A stretch of 58,167 nt of DNA from Candidatus Omnitrophota bacterium (GCA_029561735.1 JAKQWZ010000024.1:1-58167); one strand, 5' to 3'; positions 1-9,853 are shown, counted from the stretch's first letter. Numbers and translations: made by a program. The notes: generated by a model from the letters alone, not told the origin.

Positions 1-303
1 ATCAATCTTCTTCTTTAATTCAGCCTTGCTTATTGCGCCCACCACCTGGCCATGGACTTTTCCCTGCTTAAAAAACATAAGCGTAGGTATTGACATTATT
101 CCGTAATGAGTCGCGATTTTAGGGCTTTCATCTATATTTACCTTGCATACTTTTATTTTTTTGGCGTATTCTTTTGCTGCGTCTTCAATAAAAGGGGTAA
201 TCATTTTACAGGGGCCGCACCAAGGAGCCCAAAAATCCACTAAAACCGGAAGAGCGGACTCCAGCACTTCTTTCTTAAAGTTTTCATCGGTTAAATTGAT
301 CAT
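1..303 (-). CDS. trxA: Thioredoxin (3' end runs off the window)
   Basis: Not in the ORF track. Manual translation from ATG at 303 gives MINLTDENFKKEVLESALPVLVDFWAPWCGPCKMI..., with a WCGPC active site and SIPTL cis-Pro loop. A GGAG SD lies upstream. Confidence 0.95.
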   Translation of the reverse strand, partial: MINLTDENFKKEVLESALPVLVDFWAPWCGPCKMITPFIEDAAKEYAKKIKVCKVNIDESPKIATHYGIMSIPTLMFFKQGKVHGQVVGAISKAELKKKID

Positions 304-394
304 TTCTGTTTTTCTCCCTTATTTTAAATGAAGTTATGAGAAATATAGACACATACATTACCACAGGCATGACGTTTTTTCAAGGAAAAATGCG

Positions 395-1738
395 CTAAAA
401 CTTCGGCAGGTCTTTAAGTGCTTTTTTTATTTCACACAAAGGCAGGGCGTAGTTTTTCAGCTCGCCGCTCAAGAATTTATCGTAAGATGCCAGGTCAAGG
501 AACCCGTGTCCGCTAAAGCATACGACTATGCATTTTCCTTTTTTATCCTGCCTGGCAATGTCTATTGCGGCTTTTACTGCGTGTGAAGTCTCCGGTGCAG
601 GCACTATGCCTTCTGTCTTGGCAAAGATGATTGCGGCTTTAAATACTTCCAGCTGATTAAAGGCCCGTGCCTGGATCAGGCCGTTATCATGCAAAGCGCT
701 GACCAAAGGCGAACACCCGTGGTACCTTAGCCCTCCGGCGTGAATCCCGGCAGGCATAAAATTATGGCCCAGCGTAAACATCTTCAACAAAGGCGTCAGG
801 CGCGCAGTATCCCCAAAATCATAATCATAAATTCCTCTGGTAAGGCTCGGGCAGGCAGTAGGCTCAACTGCAATAATATTTAAAGCGTTATTTTTGATCT
901 TATCTTTTATAAACGGAAAAACAAAACCGCCGAAATTACTCCCTCCGCCGACACAGGCTACCAGATAGTCCGGCTTCTCCTCAAAGGCTTTAAGCTGTTT
1001 CCTGGCCTCCTGGCCGATTATCGTCTGATGTAAAAGCACGTGGTTCAAAACACTTCCTAACGCATAGTTAGTGTGCTTATTTTTGGCCGCTTCCTCCACT
1101 GCTTCGGAAATAGCAATCCCTAAGCTTCCCTGGCAATGCGGCTCTTTTTTTAAAATCATTCTGCCGCTTTCAGTCAACTCAGACGGCGAAGCAACCACAT
1201 CCGAACCCCAGATATGCATAAGAGATTTACGAAAAGGTTTCTGATGGAAGCTGACCTTGACCATATACACGCGGCAGGCAAGGGAAAAAGCATTACAGGC
1301 ATAGCTTAATGCCGCCCCCCATTGCCCTGCGCCTGTTTCAGTAGAAAGTTTTTTTATGCCGGCTTTTTTATTATAATATGCCTGAGCTACTGCAGTATTG
1401 GTTTTGTGGCTGCCTGTAGGCGATGCGCTTTCATCCTTAAAGTAAATCCGGGATTTAGTTTTTAAGAATTTTTCCAACTGCCTTGCCCTTCTTAAAGGCG
1501 TGGGCCGCCATTGGCGGTAGATATCCCTTACTTCATCGGGAATGCCTATCCAGCGCTTCCTGCTCATTTCCTGCTCTATAAGAGAGGCGGGAAAAATCGC
1601 GCTTAGGTCCTCTTTTTTCAGCGGTTTTCCAGTAGCGGGATTAATCGGCGCAGGCAAATCAAAAGGTAGGTCAGCAACGACATTATACCACTCCCGTGGA
1701 ATATCTTTTTCGGATAATATGGCTTTATATTCGTTCAT
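395..1738 (-). CDS. trpB2: TrpB2-type tryptophan synthase beta-like PLP enzyme
   Basis: [11 protein letters not shown]-lysine motif, [17 protein letters not shown] and HAGGLRYHG; 447 aa; no trpA adjacent. Confidence 0.92.
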   Translation of the reverse strand: MNEYKAILSEKDIPREWYNVVADLPFDLPAPINPATGKPLKKEDLSAIFPASLIEQEMSRKRWIGIPDEVRDIYRQWRPTPLRRARQLEKFLKTKSRIYFKDESASPTGSHKTNTAVAQAYYNKKAGIKKLSTETGAGQWGAALSYACNAFSLACRVYMVKVSFHQKPFRKSLMHIWGSDVVASPSELTESGRMILKKEPHCQGSLGIAISEAVEEAAKNKHTNYALGSVLNHVLLHQTIIGQEARKQLKAFEEKPDYLVACVGGGSNFGGFVFPFIKDKIKNNALNIIAVEPTACPSLTRGIYDYDFGDTARLTPLLKMFTLGHNFMPAGIHAGGLRYHGCSPLVSALHDNGLIQARAFNQLEVFKAAIIFAKTEGIVPAPETSHAVKAAIDIARQDKKGKCIVVCFSGHGFLDLASYDKFLSGELKNYALPLCEIKKALKDLPKF

Positions 1739-1747
1739 GGCTCAATG

Positions 1748-2233
1748 CTACTGATTACTGCCGGAGCTCCAATTTCCTCCGGATGTTTTTTTCCACCGGT
1801 AATCAGTATTTGTAGTTAAATCGGTGTAGAGGCCGTTTTTATATTCAATGTTCACCGGCTTGTTATCTTTATCTAAAAGGCTGATATGCAGTAATAAGTC
1901 TTTTTCGGGGTCTATTTTTTTAAACCGGCTGGTAAACAACTTTGCTATCGTATCCATACCTTTTTGAAGATTCTCTTCACTGGCCAGTTCTCCCGGGCCG
2001 CTTAGGTATATATGCACTTTTAAAGTGCTCCTGTCATATTCCATCCTTTCAAGCGTATACGGGTTAGTACCTTGAGTAGAATTACGCCAGGCAGCAGTCC
2101 AATTAAGCAATTGCCATTCTATTTGAGGAATATCATAAGGATAAGTGTAGTCTCTCATAACTGCCTGTGCATCGCTTACCAGCACAAAACAAAATACAAA
2201 AGATAAAACCAGCAACATTAATCTTGCGCGCAT
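1748..2233 (-). CDS. Hypothetical secreted protein
   Basis: Signal-peptide-like N-terminus (MRARLMLLVLSFVFCFVLVSDAQA). ATG at 2233 follows a GGAGG SD. No recognisable domain. Confidence 0.7.
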   Translation of the reverse strand: MRARLMLLVLSFVFCFVLVSDAQAVMRDYTYPYDIPQIEWQLLNWTAAWRNSTQGTNPYTLERMEYDRSTLKVHIYLSGPGELASEENLQKGMDTIAKLFTSRFKKIDPEKDLLLHISLLDKDNKPVNIEYKNGLYTDLTTNTDYRWKKTSGGNWSSGSNQ

Positions 2234-2278
2234 AGACACCTCCGCTTTTTTTATATTATAACATTTTTACCAAATAAC

Positions 2279-3835
2279 TCAAGTATTCCTCATTACCTGA
2301 GAAAAATAACCGCCTGTCAAAGCGTCAAGGCTGGCAGTGAGTTCTTTAAGTTTTATTTCCTTGTCCAGGCGCCTGCGCCTATCCTCAATCGGCAGGTTCT
2401 CCAGCTCTAACTTTACCCGCTGGCGTTCAAAATATAATTTTGTCACTTCATCAAGTATATCATTGCGCAGCTCAACCATCAGGCGCGAACGCACGTCTAT
2501 GGATGCCTGGGCGTCATTCCAGATAAGCTCGCTTAAATCCCAACTCATGCTTATATCCCACTCTATAGCAGGGCTTCCTTTTACCAAGACATCATCTCCG
2601 TTCTTGGTGCTGGAACCGGTCTCCCAATGCCACAGGTCAGTTACATTCCTTCCGACGCTAGTGGTTATTCTGGGCAATATGGCTTTTTTAGCTGCGGCTT
2701 TCCTCCAATTTTTTATCTTTTCAGGCTGGACTTCGGCATATTTAATAGCAGCCTTCTGGACATCCTCTATATCAGGTCCATCCTTAAATTCATTTAATTG
2801 AATTAACCCGGAATATAGATTCTGCGGGGCAGAAAATGTGCCCCTGAATAACCCCTCCTTGCAGGCGGCAAAAATGTTTCCGTTATTGTCAAATTTTATT
2901 TCATATATCTTTGTTGACAGCAAATCAAGCGTAAGTTCGCGCCATCTGTCTTGCCTGCGCTCAAAAGCCCCGCTGCTGATTACGGCAACCGGATTATTCT
3001 GCTGTGAATAGGCCAGATAATAAACATCTTTTTCCAGCAACCCGTAATCATCCAGAAAATCCCAAGCCATTCCGGAATTTATGCTGACTGCCACACCTAC
3101 TGTTGTCGATGCCACCAGGCATTGAGGGCTCTTAGAGCTGACTGCCAGATGCCTGATCCCGCAGGCCCGCTCCACATGCGCTTCATGAATTTCTTCCTGA
3201 TCCAAGGCTTCCTCTTTGCCTATGGCAACATATACCTTTTCCCAGCTTTTTGCGCTGTCAATACTTTTCAGAATGCCTTCAGAACAAGCCATATAGACGG
3301 TTTGGGGCTCGGCCTCAGAATTAACTAAAGCGGCTATGTTGCTATTGCTTTTTACAGCAGTAGATTTTTGCCATGTGCGGCCAAGGTCGCGGCTTTCAAA
3401 TAATCCGGACGCAGTGCCCAATAAAACCCTTGCCTGAAGCCCTAACACTGCGCTGCACTGCCTCTCTAAATAGTTTCTTCCTTTAAATACCCGCCTCCAG
3501 CTATTGCCGCTGTCGCCTGAATAGTATAATCCGTTAGAAGTCGCCGCCCAAATGCGCCTTGCATCTTGGTAAGAAAAACAAAAATTATTTACTGAATTAT
3601 CCGCACCGGGCAAAACCAGGGCCATTCTCCATTTTTTTCCTCCGTCAACGCTTTTATAAATTGCCTTATTTGTCCCGGCAAGGATTACGGATGGATCATT
3701 TTTCCAAAGCAATATTGATTTTACCGGGCTTACCGGAGCACTGCTTAATTGCTGCCACTGGCCTTGATTGGCAAAACACCTGCCTGCCACGATCAAACCA
3801 AACATAGCTGCCAGCACCAAAGACTTTGTTTTCAT
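2279..3835 (-). CDS. Secreted BNR/Asp-box (YCF48-like) beta-propeller protein with C-terminal single outer-membrane-efflux (TolC-like) repeat
   Basis: ATG at 3835 follows AAGGAGG. Signal peptide MKTKSLVL..CFA. Repeated Asp-box motifs (SVDGGKKW, SGDSGNSW, SRDLGRTW, SIDSAKSW, SINSGMAW). The C-terminus has an OEP-like pattern (AILPRITTSV...ISMSWDL...EVTKLYF...LDALTGG). Confidence 0.7.
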   Translation of the reverse strand: MKTKSLVLAAMFGLIVAGRCFANQGQWQQLSSAPVSPVKSILLWKNDPSVILAGTNKAIYKSVDGGKKWRMALVLPGADNSVNNFCFSYQDARRIWAATSNGLYYSGDSGNSWRRVFKGRNYLERQCSAVLGLQARVLLGTASGLFESRDLGRTWQKSTAVKSNSNIAALVNSEAEPQTVYMACSEGILKSIDSAKSWEKVYVAIGKEEALDQEEIHEAHVERACGIRHLAVSSKSPQCLVASTTVGVAVSINSGMAWDFLDDYGLLEKDVYYLAYSQQNNPVAVISSGAFERRQDRWRELTLDLLSTKIYEIKFDNNGNIFAACKEGLFRGTFSAPQNLYSGLIQLNEFKDGPDIEDVQKAAIKYAEVQPEKIKNWRKAAAKKAILPRITTSVGRNVTDLWHWETGSSTKNGDDVLVKGSPAIEWDISMSWDLSELIWNDAQASIDVRSRLMVELRNDILDEVTKLYFERQRVKLELENLPIEDRRRRLDKEIKLKELTASLDALTGGYFSQVMRNT

Positions 3836-3918
3836 TTGCCACCTCCTTAAATATACGCATAACCTCTTGCCTGGCTTAATTGACGCAAGAGATGGCAAAA
3901 TCTAACAAAGTTTTTTTA

Positions 3919-3949
3919 CAAAAAGGGCTGGACAATTAAGCCCAGCCCT
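3919..3949 (-). terminator. Intrinsic terminator after the first minor-pilin cassette
   Basis: 8-bp stem AGGGCTGG/CCAGCCCT (3924-3931/3942-3949), followed on the minus strand by a T5 tract. Confidence 0.75.
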
Positions 3950-4022
3950 GGTAAACCAATCTTAAACAGAAATTAAAGTTTTACCTTACGCTAATAATAA
4001 TTCTTCTGCCGGCGCAATCTAT

Positions 4023-4973
4023 TTAATATAAATTATGCGCCTCTTTCCATAAAATCTTAGGCCTTGTATTACTCATGCCCAAATTCTGCACCCCGGTCAT
4101 ATAAGACGCTTCATATTCAAGAGTAATGCCTCCGCTTAGGGTAGCATTACCACCCACCCAGATCCCTCCGGTTACATTTAAAGCGCCCCCGCCACCCTTA
4201 ACAGTAAAATCTCCCTGAGCATAAATACAGCCGTCTACGCTTACATTTCCCGCTATTGTCGTATCGTATATCGTCTCTCCTCCTACCACAAAGAATCCAT
4301 GGACACTATCATTGCCCTTAAGGGTAAGCGGCCCTTCTAAAAAGACAACGTTAGGCACACCCGGAGCATACCAAAAAGAATCCGGGAAAGGCCCGCTAAG
4401 GTTATCCGCATCGTGATAATTTCCCTGCGCCTTGCTTAATTCGCGCAATTCGTCAAACTTAAGCTGGTCAAGTTGAGTAATTGAAGGATCGTACGTAACC
4501 GTCCCTGTTATATTATCCGGCGCAGGTATGATCGGCGGATTAGCCTCGCCAGCATAAATAACATTGCCATCTATAGAATAAGAGGTTCCGTTAATGGTAA
4601 TATCGCCTACTACAAAAAGCACGCCGCCATAATAAGGAATGCTTAATTCAATAATACGCTCTGCGCGGTTGGATATTTGCGATGGCACAAAACCATGAGA
4701 CCAGATAGTGGAAGCATCTACTATTTCAACGCTGTATTGGCCATGTGATAAAGATGTAAGCGGTATATTAACCGGTTTCCAATCATTGGCCTCCATCTGG
4801 ACTAAGGCCTGGCTCACGCCGGCCTCAGCCAGCCAGAATGCCCGGGTTGAATCAAGGTACCTGCTGGCAACATTGCTTTCAGAAACGCTGCCCATAAAAA
4901 ATGCAGCTCCTAAAATAGTCAGGACCGCTATTACAATATAGCAAATAATCAGGGCTATGCCGCGTTTATTCAT
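4023..4973 (-). CDS. PilX/GspK-like minor pilin with C-terminal beta-rich domain
   Basis: MNKRG|IALIICYIVIAVLTILG: class III signal lacking Glu5, typical of PilX. AFWLAEAG helix; GNVIY/GPLTLKG beta repeats. Confidence 0.8.
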   Translation of the reverse strand: MNKRGIALIICYIVIAVLTILGAAFFMGSVSESNVASRYLDSTRAFWLAEAGVSQALVQMEANDWKPVNIPLTSLSHGQYSVEIVDASTIWSHGFVPSQISNRAERIIELSIPYYGGVLFVVGDITINGTSYSIDGNVIYAGEANPPIIPAPDNITGTVTYDPSITQLDQLKFDELRELSKAQGNYHDADNLSGPFPDSFWYAPGVPNVVFLEGPLTLKGNDSVHGFFVVGGETIYDTTIAGNVSVDGCIYAQGDFTVKGGGGALNVTGGIWVGGNATLSGGITLEYEASYMTGVQNLGMSNTRPKILWKEAHNLY

Positions 4974-4975
4974 AC

Positions 4976-5449
4976 TTATTGGTTCCTCACTCTCACTTGT
5001 TCAATCAAAGAAAATGTAAGCAGGCGCGAATGAACAGTTTTACTTGCCACCAAAGTAATTTTTTGCAAAGGGATATATTCATTGGCGGACGAATTAAAAG
5101 AAAGAGGGGCGAAATACAAACCTGCTATATCATTGGCTATTACCTGGCCTCCGGGAGACCTGCGCAATTGGCCCGCAATCAGGGAATACGTGATATTATC
5201 TTCACCCGGCCTGTTAAAAGTAATACTGTTTCTATTTAAGTCTTTATCCGTTATTGAGATTAAATAAGCCTGCCTTATTTCCCTGACTAACTGGCTCATG
5301 CCCTGCCTTACCTGGCGCTGAAGATTAAGCGAAACCAGGTTAGTATCATAATTAATTTTGGCTATATTCAAAGCCCCGTAAATTCCCCCTATGATTAAGG
5401 TAAAAATCAAAAAAGCCACTAATACCTCTAATAAAGTTAATCCTTTCAT
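4976..5449 (-). CDS. Minor pilin (PilW/GspJ-like)
   Basis: MKG|LTLLEVLVAF prepilin cleavage/methylation motif. Confidence 0.85.
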   Translation of the reverse strand: MKGLTLLEVLVAFLIFTLIIGGIYGALNIAKINYDTNLVSLNLQRQVRQGMSQLVREIRQAYLISITDKDLNRNSITFNRPGEDNITYSLIAGQLRRSPGGQVIANDIAGLYFAPLSFNSSANEYIPLQKITLVASKTVHSRLLTFSLIEQVRVRNQ

Positions 5450-5919
5450 CGTTTTGAAATTAAAGTTTCTAATTCTAAGTACCTCGTATTTGAATTATGC
5501 CTGTCTTTCCAGCTGACCGTTATAATAACACCTAAAGGATTTGAGCTGCCGGTGGCAGCAGCAACAATTGTTTCGCTATTTAAGATACAGGGATAGGCAT
5601 ACGGAGAAGGGCAACCCAATCGGTTTCCGATTGTGGCAGAATTCCAGTTCCAACTGTTTAAATCTATTGTGCTAAGCTCGTTAACCCTTGCATATTCCAT
5701 TATGTCTTCCATTACAAATTCGGCATGGGCCATCGCGATGCTTTTATTGCGGTTTGCCCGGTCAAGAAGCGCACAGGTTATAAATACTTGTAAAATACCC
5801 GCGATAACAAAAGCCAGGATCATGACTGCTATAAGCAACTCCGGAAGGGTGAACCCTTTCAGGGAAGGCTTACTAACCTTATTAAATAAGCGGTCTTTTA
5901 AGGCTAATATTTTATCCAA
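5446..5919 (-). CDS. Minor pilin (PilV/GspI-like)
   Basis: KG|FTLPELLIAV prepilin motif. TTG start follows GGAG; 4-bp overlap with the next gene. Confidence 0.85.
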   Translation of the reverse strand: MDKILALKDRLFNKVSKPSLKGFTLPELLIAVMILAFVIAGILQVFITCALLDRANRNKSIAMAHAEFVMEDIMEYARVNELSTIDLNSWNWNSATIGNRLGCPSPYAYPCILNSETIVAAATGSSNPLGVIITVSWKDRHNSNTRYLELETLISKR

Positions 5920-6015
5920 GGCAAAGCTCCTCTTTATTATTAAAATATATTATAGACCGCTTACTTTACTATATCAATGATTTTTAAGAAGGGCTGTTGG
6001 AAAATTATACCCCGA

Positions 6016-8217
6016 TTATTCATCCAGCGAAAGCAGGTCCTTGCGGATCTCTTGGTATGCTGGGGTGTCTATCTTGCGGTAAATTTCCTGTGCAGACCTG
6101 AAAAATTCACGGGCCTTATTTTTCTGGTTCTTTTCTTTATACAGTAATCCCGTATTATGATACGCCCAGGCCAGCTCTTGAGGCGCATCTATTTGCTTGC
6201 ATAATTTTATTGTTTTTCCATACTGCTCCAAAGCCTCATCCGGGGCCCCCATCTGCGCATAGAGCTCTCCCAGCATATTGTAATCAGCTGCCAAGGCAGG
6301 CAGATTTCCACGGCTTTGGTCTATTTTTATGCCTTTATCGTAATATTCCAGCGCCTTTTTATAGTCTTTTTCAAAACTGGCTATCTCTCCCATATTAAAA
6401 TAGCAGTCGCTTAATTCATGGGGCAGCTTTAATTTAACAAAGAGTTTCCTGCTTTTCTCATAAAATTCTTTGGCAGAGGCATAATCGTCCTTATCAGTAA
6501 AAACATAAGCCATGCTGAAATAGTCGCAGGCAAGATTATATTTATGTTCGCGGGAATTCGGATGGTTACGGTTTATCTCGGAACTTTTAGCCAGCAATTC
6601 CAGCGCCTTACCGTGTTCCTGTTTATCCACATACCAAGTAGCCATTCTTCTAAGCGATGCTGCCTCATTTAATTTATCGTTATACTTCCTGCTTATTTCC
6701 AGGGCTTTTTCATAGAATTCCATGGCTTTCGGGTAATTGCCGTTATTATAATAAAGCCAGCCGATACCGTTATAAGCAATAGCCAGGTTCTTCATGTCGG
6801 CTTTCTTCTGGCTGTGCAGCGCGTAGTCAAAATAATATTTTAATGCGCGGTCAAAATCCCCCTGGCGCTGATAGACATCCCCTAATAAAGCATATGCCGC
6901 CAGATACCGCGGATTTCTATCAATAATCCTGTTTACTGTTGCGGCTGCTGCGGTATTATCGCCTTTCAAATACATGTTCCGGGCGCGCGTATATAAATAC
7001 CTGTCCGTAGGGCTGATCTCCCTTATTAGCAAAAAAGACAAGGCCAGGCCTGCGGCAATGCCGGTAACTGCCAGCGCCCTTAATAGCCCTTTTTTATGCT
7101 TATGCAATAGTTGGCTCAAAGATAAATTGAAAGCCTTATTCTTAGACTTAAAAACCCTGAAATCCGGGTCTCCGTAGAAAAGATAATTTGCCCAGGATAA
7201 CCCGGCTGCATTATCCTGCCGGAAAAGCTTCAAGCGGGCCTGCCTTACTGCTTCGCCCATGCTTTGGCCGTTTAATAAGCGGGAATAAAACTCCCGGGCA
7301 AATATCAGCGCCTGTTTATCCTCTATCCGCCTGGCCACGCCGATGTAATGTTTGACGCCGGAAAATAAAAAAGCCGCCGCCAGATTATAGGCCCTGGTCT
7401 GGTAATCTTCTCCGATAGATTCATTCTGCTGGCTCGCCGAATTACACGCATTAGAAAATACCAGATTCGGCAGGCAGTGCGAATGGCCCAAGGCAAGTAT
7501 GTCTTCAATGCTAAACCTGCCGTCATTAAGCACCCATCCGCTTTTTTCCGGCTCATCAGCGTCATATTCGCAATGGCCGGCAAAATGGACAATATCATAA
7601 TCTCTTAAAGTTTTTTTAACATATATGGATTCCACGCGGTTGGATTTAAAATCAACATGCAGGCTCTGGCGTTTTTTATCAAATTGATTTCTGATATTCA
7701 GCCCTTCCTCATACGCAGACTTAAGGTCATTGGTGGGATTTGCCAATATAAGCATCTTGATCGTACTGTTTATATCGCGGTAAAGCGCCGGAACAACATA
7801 TTCCTTTGTACGCACAAGCCGTCCGATATTAAACTTCAGGCACAAAAATTCATGCCCGTCAAACACCAGTTCCCAAGGAATATCAATAAGCTCTTCATCT
7901 AAAGATAAAGTCAGCCCTGTTGAGGCTGAATTTTTAAGCCGGTCTTTTATCTGGCGCGGCAGTAAATGGTCCCAAAGCAGCTGCGCGGTTTTTTGGAAGC
8001 TTTTTAACAAGTCCGGTTCCGGGTCATAACTTCGTTCTATCCTGTTGAGTATAGAGACCGTTTCGCGGCTTAACATCTTTATTTCATTAAAAGATACCCG
8101 TTGCTGCTGATAATGCCTTACTGTTGAAGATGTATCGTTTTGGCTGAAAATACAGAATTTCAGCGCTTCATACTGCTTAAAGACCTCCAGGATTAACCCG
8201 TCAGAAGCTTTTATCAT
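6016..8217 (-). CDS. CHAT (caspase/HetF-like) protease with one TM helix and C-terminal TPR repeats
   Basis: IPWELVFDG, catalytic His in DIVHFAGH and catalytic Cys in LVFSNACNS, WANYLFYGDP. TM segment ALAVTGIAAGLALSFLLI. TPR repeats (AYNGIGWLYY, CYFNMGEI, DYNMLGELY, AYHNTGLLY). Confidence 0.9.
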   Translation of the reverse strand: MIKASDGLILEVFKQYEALKFCIFSQNDTSSTVRHYQQQRVSFNEIKMLSRETVSILNRIERSYDPEPDLLKSFQKTAQLLWDHLLPRQIKDRLKNSASTGLTLSLDEELIDIPWELVFDGHEFLCLKFNIGRLVRTKEYVVPALYRDINSTIKMLILANPTNDLKSAYEEGLNIRNQFDKKRQSLHVDFKSNRVESIYVKKTLRDYDIVHFAGHCEYDADEPEKSGWVLNDGRFSIEDILALGHSHCLPNLVFSNACNSASQQNESIGEDYQTRAYNLAAAFLFSGVKHYIGVARRIEDKQALIFAREFYSRLLNGQSMGEAVRQARLKLFRQDNAAGLSWANYLFYGDPDFRVFKSKNKAFNLSLSQLLHKHKKGLLRALAVTGIAAGLALSFLLIREISPTDRYLYTRARNMYLKGDNTAAAATVNRIIDRNPRYLAAYALLGDVYQRQGDFDRALKYYFDYALHSQKKADMKNLAIAYNGIGWLYYNNGNYPKAMEFYEKALEISRKYNDKLNEAASLRRMATWYVDKQEHGKALELLAKSSEINRNHPNSREHKYNLACDYFSMAYVFTDKDDYASAKEFYEKSRKLFVKLKLPHELSDCYFNMGEIASFEKDYKKALEYYDKGIKIDQSRGNLPALAADYNMLGELYAQMGAPDEALEQYGKTIKLCKQIDAPQELAWAYHNTGLLYKEKNQKNKAREFFRSAQEIYRKIDTPAYQEIRKDLLSLDE

Positions 8218-8912
8218 GATTTAATATCCACTGAAATATCGGCTAAGCCGGAATCCTGTGAGGATACCTCAAGGCTGTATTTGCCCAAAAGTACGTGCTC
8301 AAATGTAACCGCTGTTTTATCAATAACGTAAGATTCTAATTCCGCGCCGGACTGAATAAGGCTCACCCGGCAGTCTTTAAGAAGTTTTAATGTCTTTTTA
8401 TTCCTGACAGAGACAGTAACATTAAAACAGCCGCGCGAACAGGAATCTATTTTTACCTCAACCCTGATATTATTGATATCCTTTACAATTAAAACGCTGT
8501 CCTTAAAATCCCTGATATTGCGCGAACGCAAGCCCTGCATCGGGATCATTTCCTGCCCCATAAGCACCTGCCCGTTTGTATAAATAAGCTCAAAGATCTT
8601 TTCGGCATTCTTTAATATTATCTCAAATAACCTGCCCTTTTCAGAATCTGCTATTAGTTTTAACTTTGCCCTGAGTTCCTGGGGCAAATTATAATTTTTC
8701 CCCCTGGCAACCCTTATCTGCGTAAGCAATACTTCGGCACAAAAAGAACAGCTTTGCAGATGGCTGCTGACTTCAAGGCTTTCAGGCCCTGAAAGTAAGT
8801 TTTGCGCAAAACAAGCCAGTATTTCTTCATCAGGATGGCCCTGCGGCATTTTAAGGCAAGGGCCGTTTTTTTTATAAAACATCTTTAATAATTTTGGAAG
8901 TTTTTCAGCCAT
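8214..8912 (-). CDS. Soluble zinc-binding (zf-HC2/ZAS) anti-sigma factor-like protein with C-terminal beta-sandwich
   Basis: HPDEEILACF...HLQSCSFC (HxxxCxxC). No TM segment. Follows the ECF sigma gene and has an ATGA overlap with the CHAT gene. Confidence 0.78.
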   Translation of the reverse strand: MAEKLPKLLKMFYKKNGPCLKMPQGHPDEEILACFAQNLLSGPESLEVSSHLQSCSFCAEVLLTQIRVARGKNYNLPQELRAKLKLIADSEKGRLFEIILKNAEKIFELIYTNGQVLMGQEMIPMQGLRSRNIRDFKDSVLIVKDINNIRVEVKIDSCSRGCFNVTVSVRNKKTLKLLKDCRVSLIQSGAELESYVIDKTAVTFEHVLLGKYSLEVSSQDSGLADISVDIKS

Positions 8913-8946
8913 ATTATAACCTCTGCCTAAAATAGACGCAAAAAGC

Positions 8947-9552
8947 CTATAAATCTAACATAAAACCTTTACCTTGCATACAGTCCCTAAGCTTAGCTGT
9001 GGCGCGGGATTTACGCATATCCAAAGCAGACCTTTTAAGCCTAAAAATTAATTCCAGTTCTCTAGATGTCGCCTGCTGATAGTAGGCCAACTCCATAAGC
9101 CTTAATTCATCCGGATCAAGCTTGAGCATACAGTCCTTAAGTTCAAGAAAAAGCTCATCGTCAGCCAGATTCTGCCTTGCGGATTTCAAGTTGCTTTGTA
9201 AAAACTCATGCAGGCTTGAACCCGTGCTATTTTCTTCGTCAAGTGACAACAAGGGCTTGGTTTTTCTCAAATAACTTATCACGTAGTTAACCGTAACCTG
9301 CCGCAGCCACGTGGCAAGCCGGCATCCGTTTCTGGCTTGAAAGGTCTTTAACTTTGCGAAATCATTTTCCGCCAAAAGCAGGAATATCTCGTGGCAAAGG
9401 TCCTGTGCATCTTCAGGCGTAAAAACAACACCAATTGATCTGGAAGTCCGGAAGATATACGAATAAATCAGGCGGGAATAGCGGTCTACAAACTGGCTCC
9501 AGGCATTTTTATCCCGGCAGGATATCCGCCGGACAAATTCCAGCTCATCCAT
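8947..9552 (-). CDS. ECF RNA polymerase sigma factor
   Basis: AWSQFVDRYSRLIY, DAQDLCHEIFLLL (region 2.2), LATWLRQVTVNYVISYLRK, and a region 4 HTH; 201 aa. Confidence 0.9.
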   Translation of the reverse strand: MDELEFVRRISCRDKNAWSQFVDRYSRLIYSYIFRTSRSIGVVFTPEDAQDLCHEIFLLLAENDFAKLKTFQARNGCRLATWLRQVTVNYVISYLRKTKPLLSLDEENSTGSSLHEFLQSNLKSARQNLADDELFLELKDCMLKLDPDELRLMELAYYQQATSRELELIFRLKRSALDMRKSRATAKLRDCMQGKGFMLDL

Positions 9553-9568
9553 GGCAAAACAGTCAGCC

Positions 9569-9853
9569 CTATTTTATTTTCTTTCTATGCTTATTATCAA
9601 GGACCTGCGCCTCAATATCAATAGATCCTTTTCTTTTAGGAGAAACGTCCATGCCGGAACTGATCTTTTTGACAAAAAACCATGAAGTTAATAAAAACAA
9701 AACGACAAGCGCCGCCTCTATAATCAGCCAGGTCAGCGGCTTAAAAAACATCCAGCCAAAAAAAAGGTTTAAAATGATTAAAAAAGGCAGGAAACAGCCT
9801 GTTTGATTAAGCAATACGAAGGAACCAAATGAGGGCCTACTTGTCTGCGGCAT
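9569..9853 (-). CDS. Small membrane protein
   Basis: Two hydrophobic segments and a basic tail. It fills the gap between co-oriented genes; the start is uncertain. Confidence 0.6.
   Translation of the reverse strand: MPQTSRPSFGSFVLLNQTGCFLPFLIILNLFFGWMFFKPLTWLIIEAALVVLFLLTSWFFVKKISSGMDVSPKRKGSIDIEAQVLDNKHRKKIK

Noticed and set aside
395-1738. Stand-alone trpB without trpA
   Set aside because: This is the normal state for the well-known TrpB2 family.
6016-9552. CHAT + ECF as part of a type III-E CRISPR locus
   Set aside because: No cas genes, Cas7-11 or repeat-spacer array anywhere in the window.
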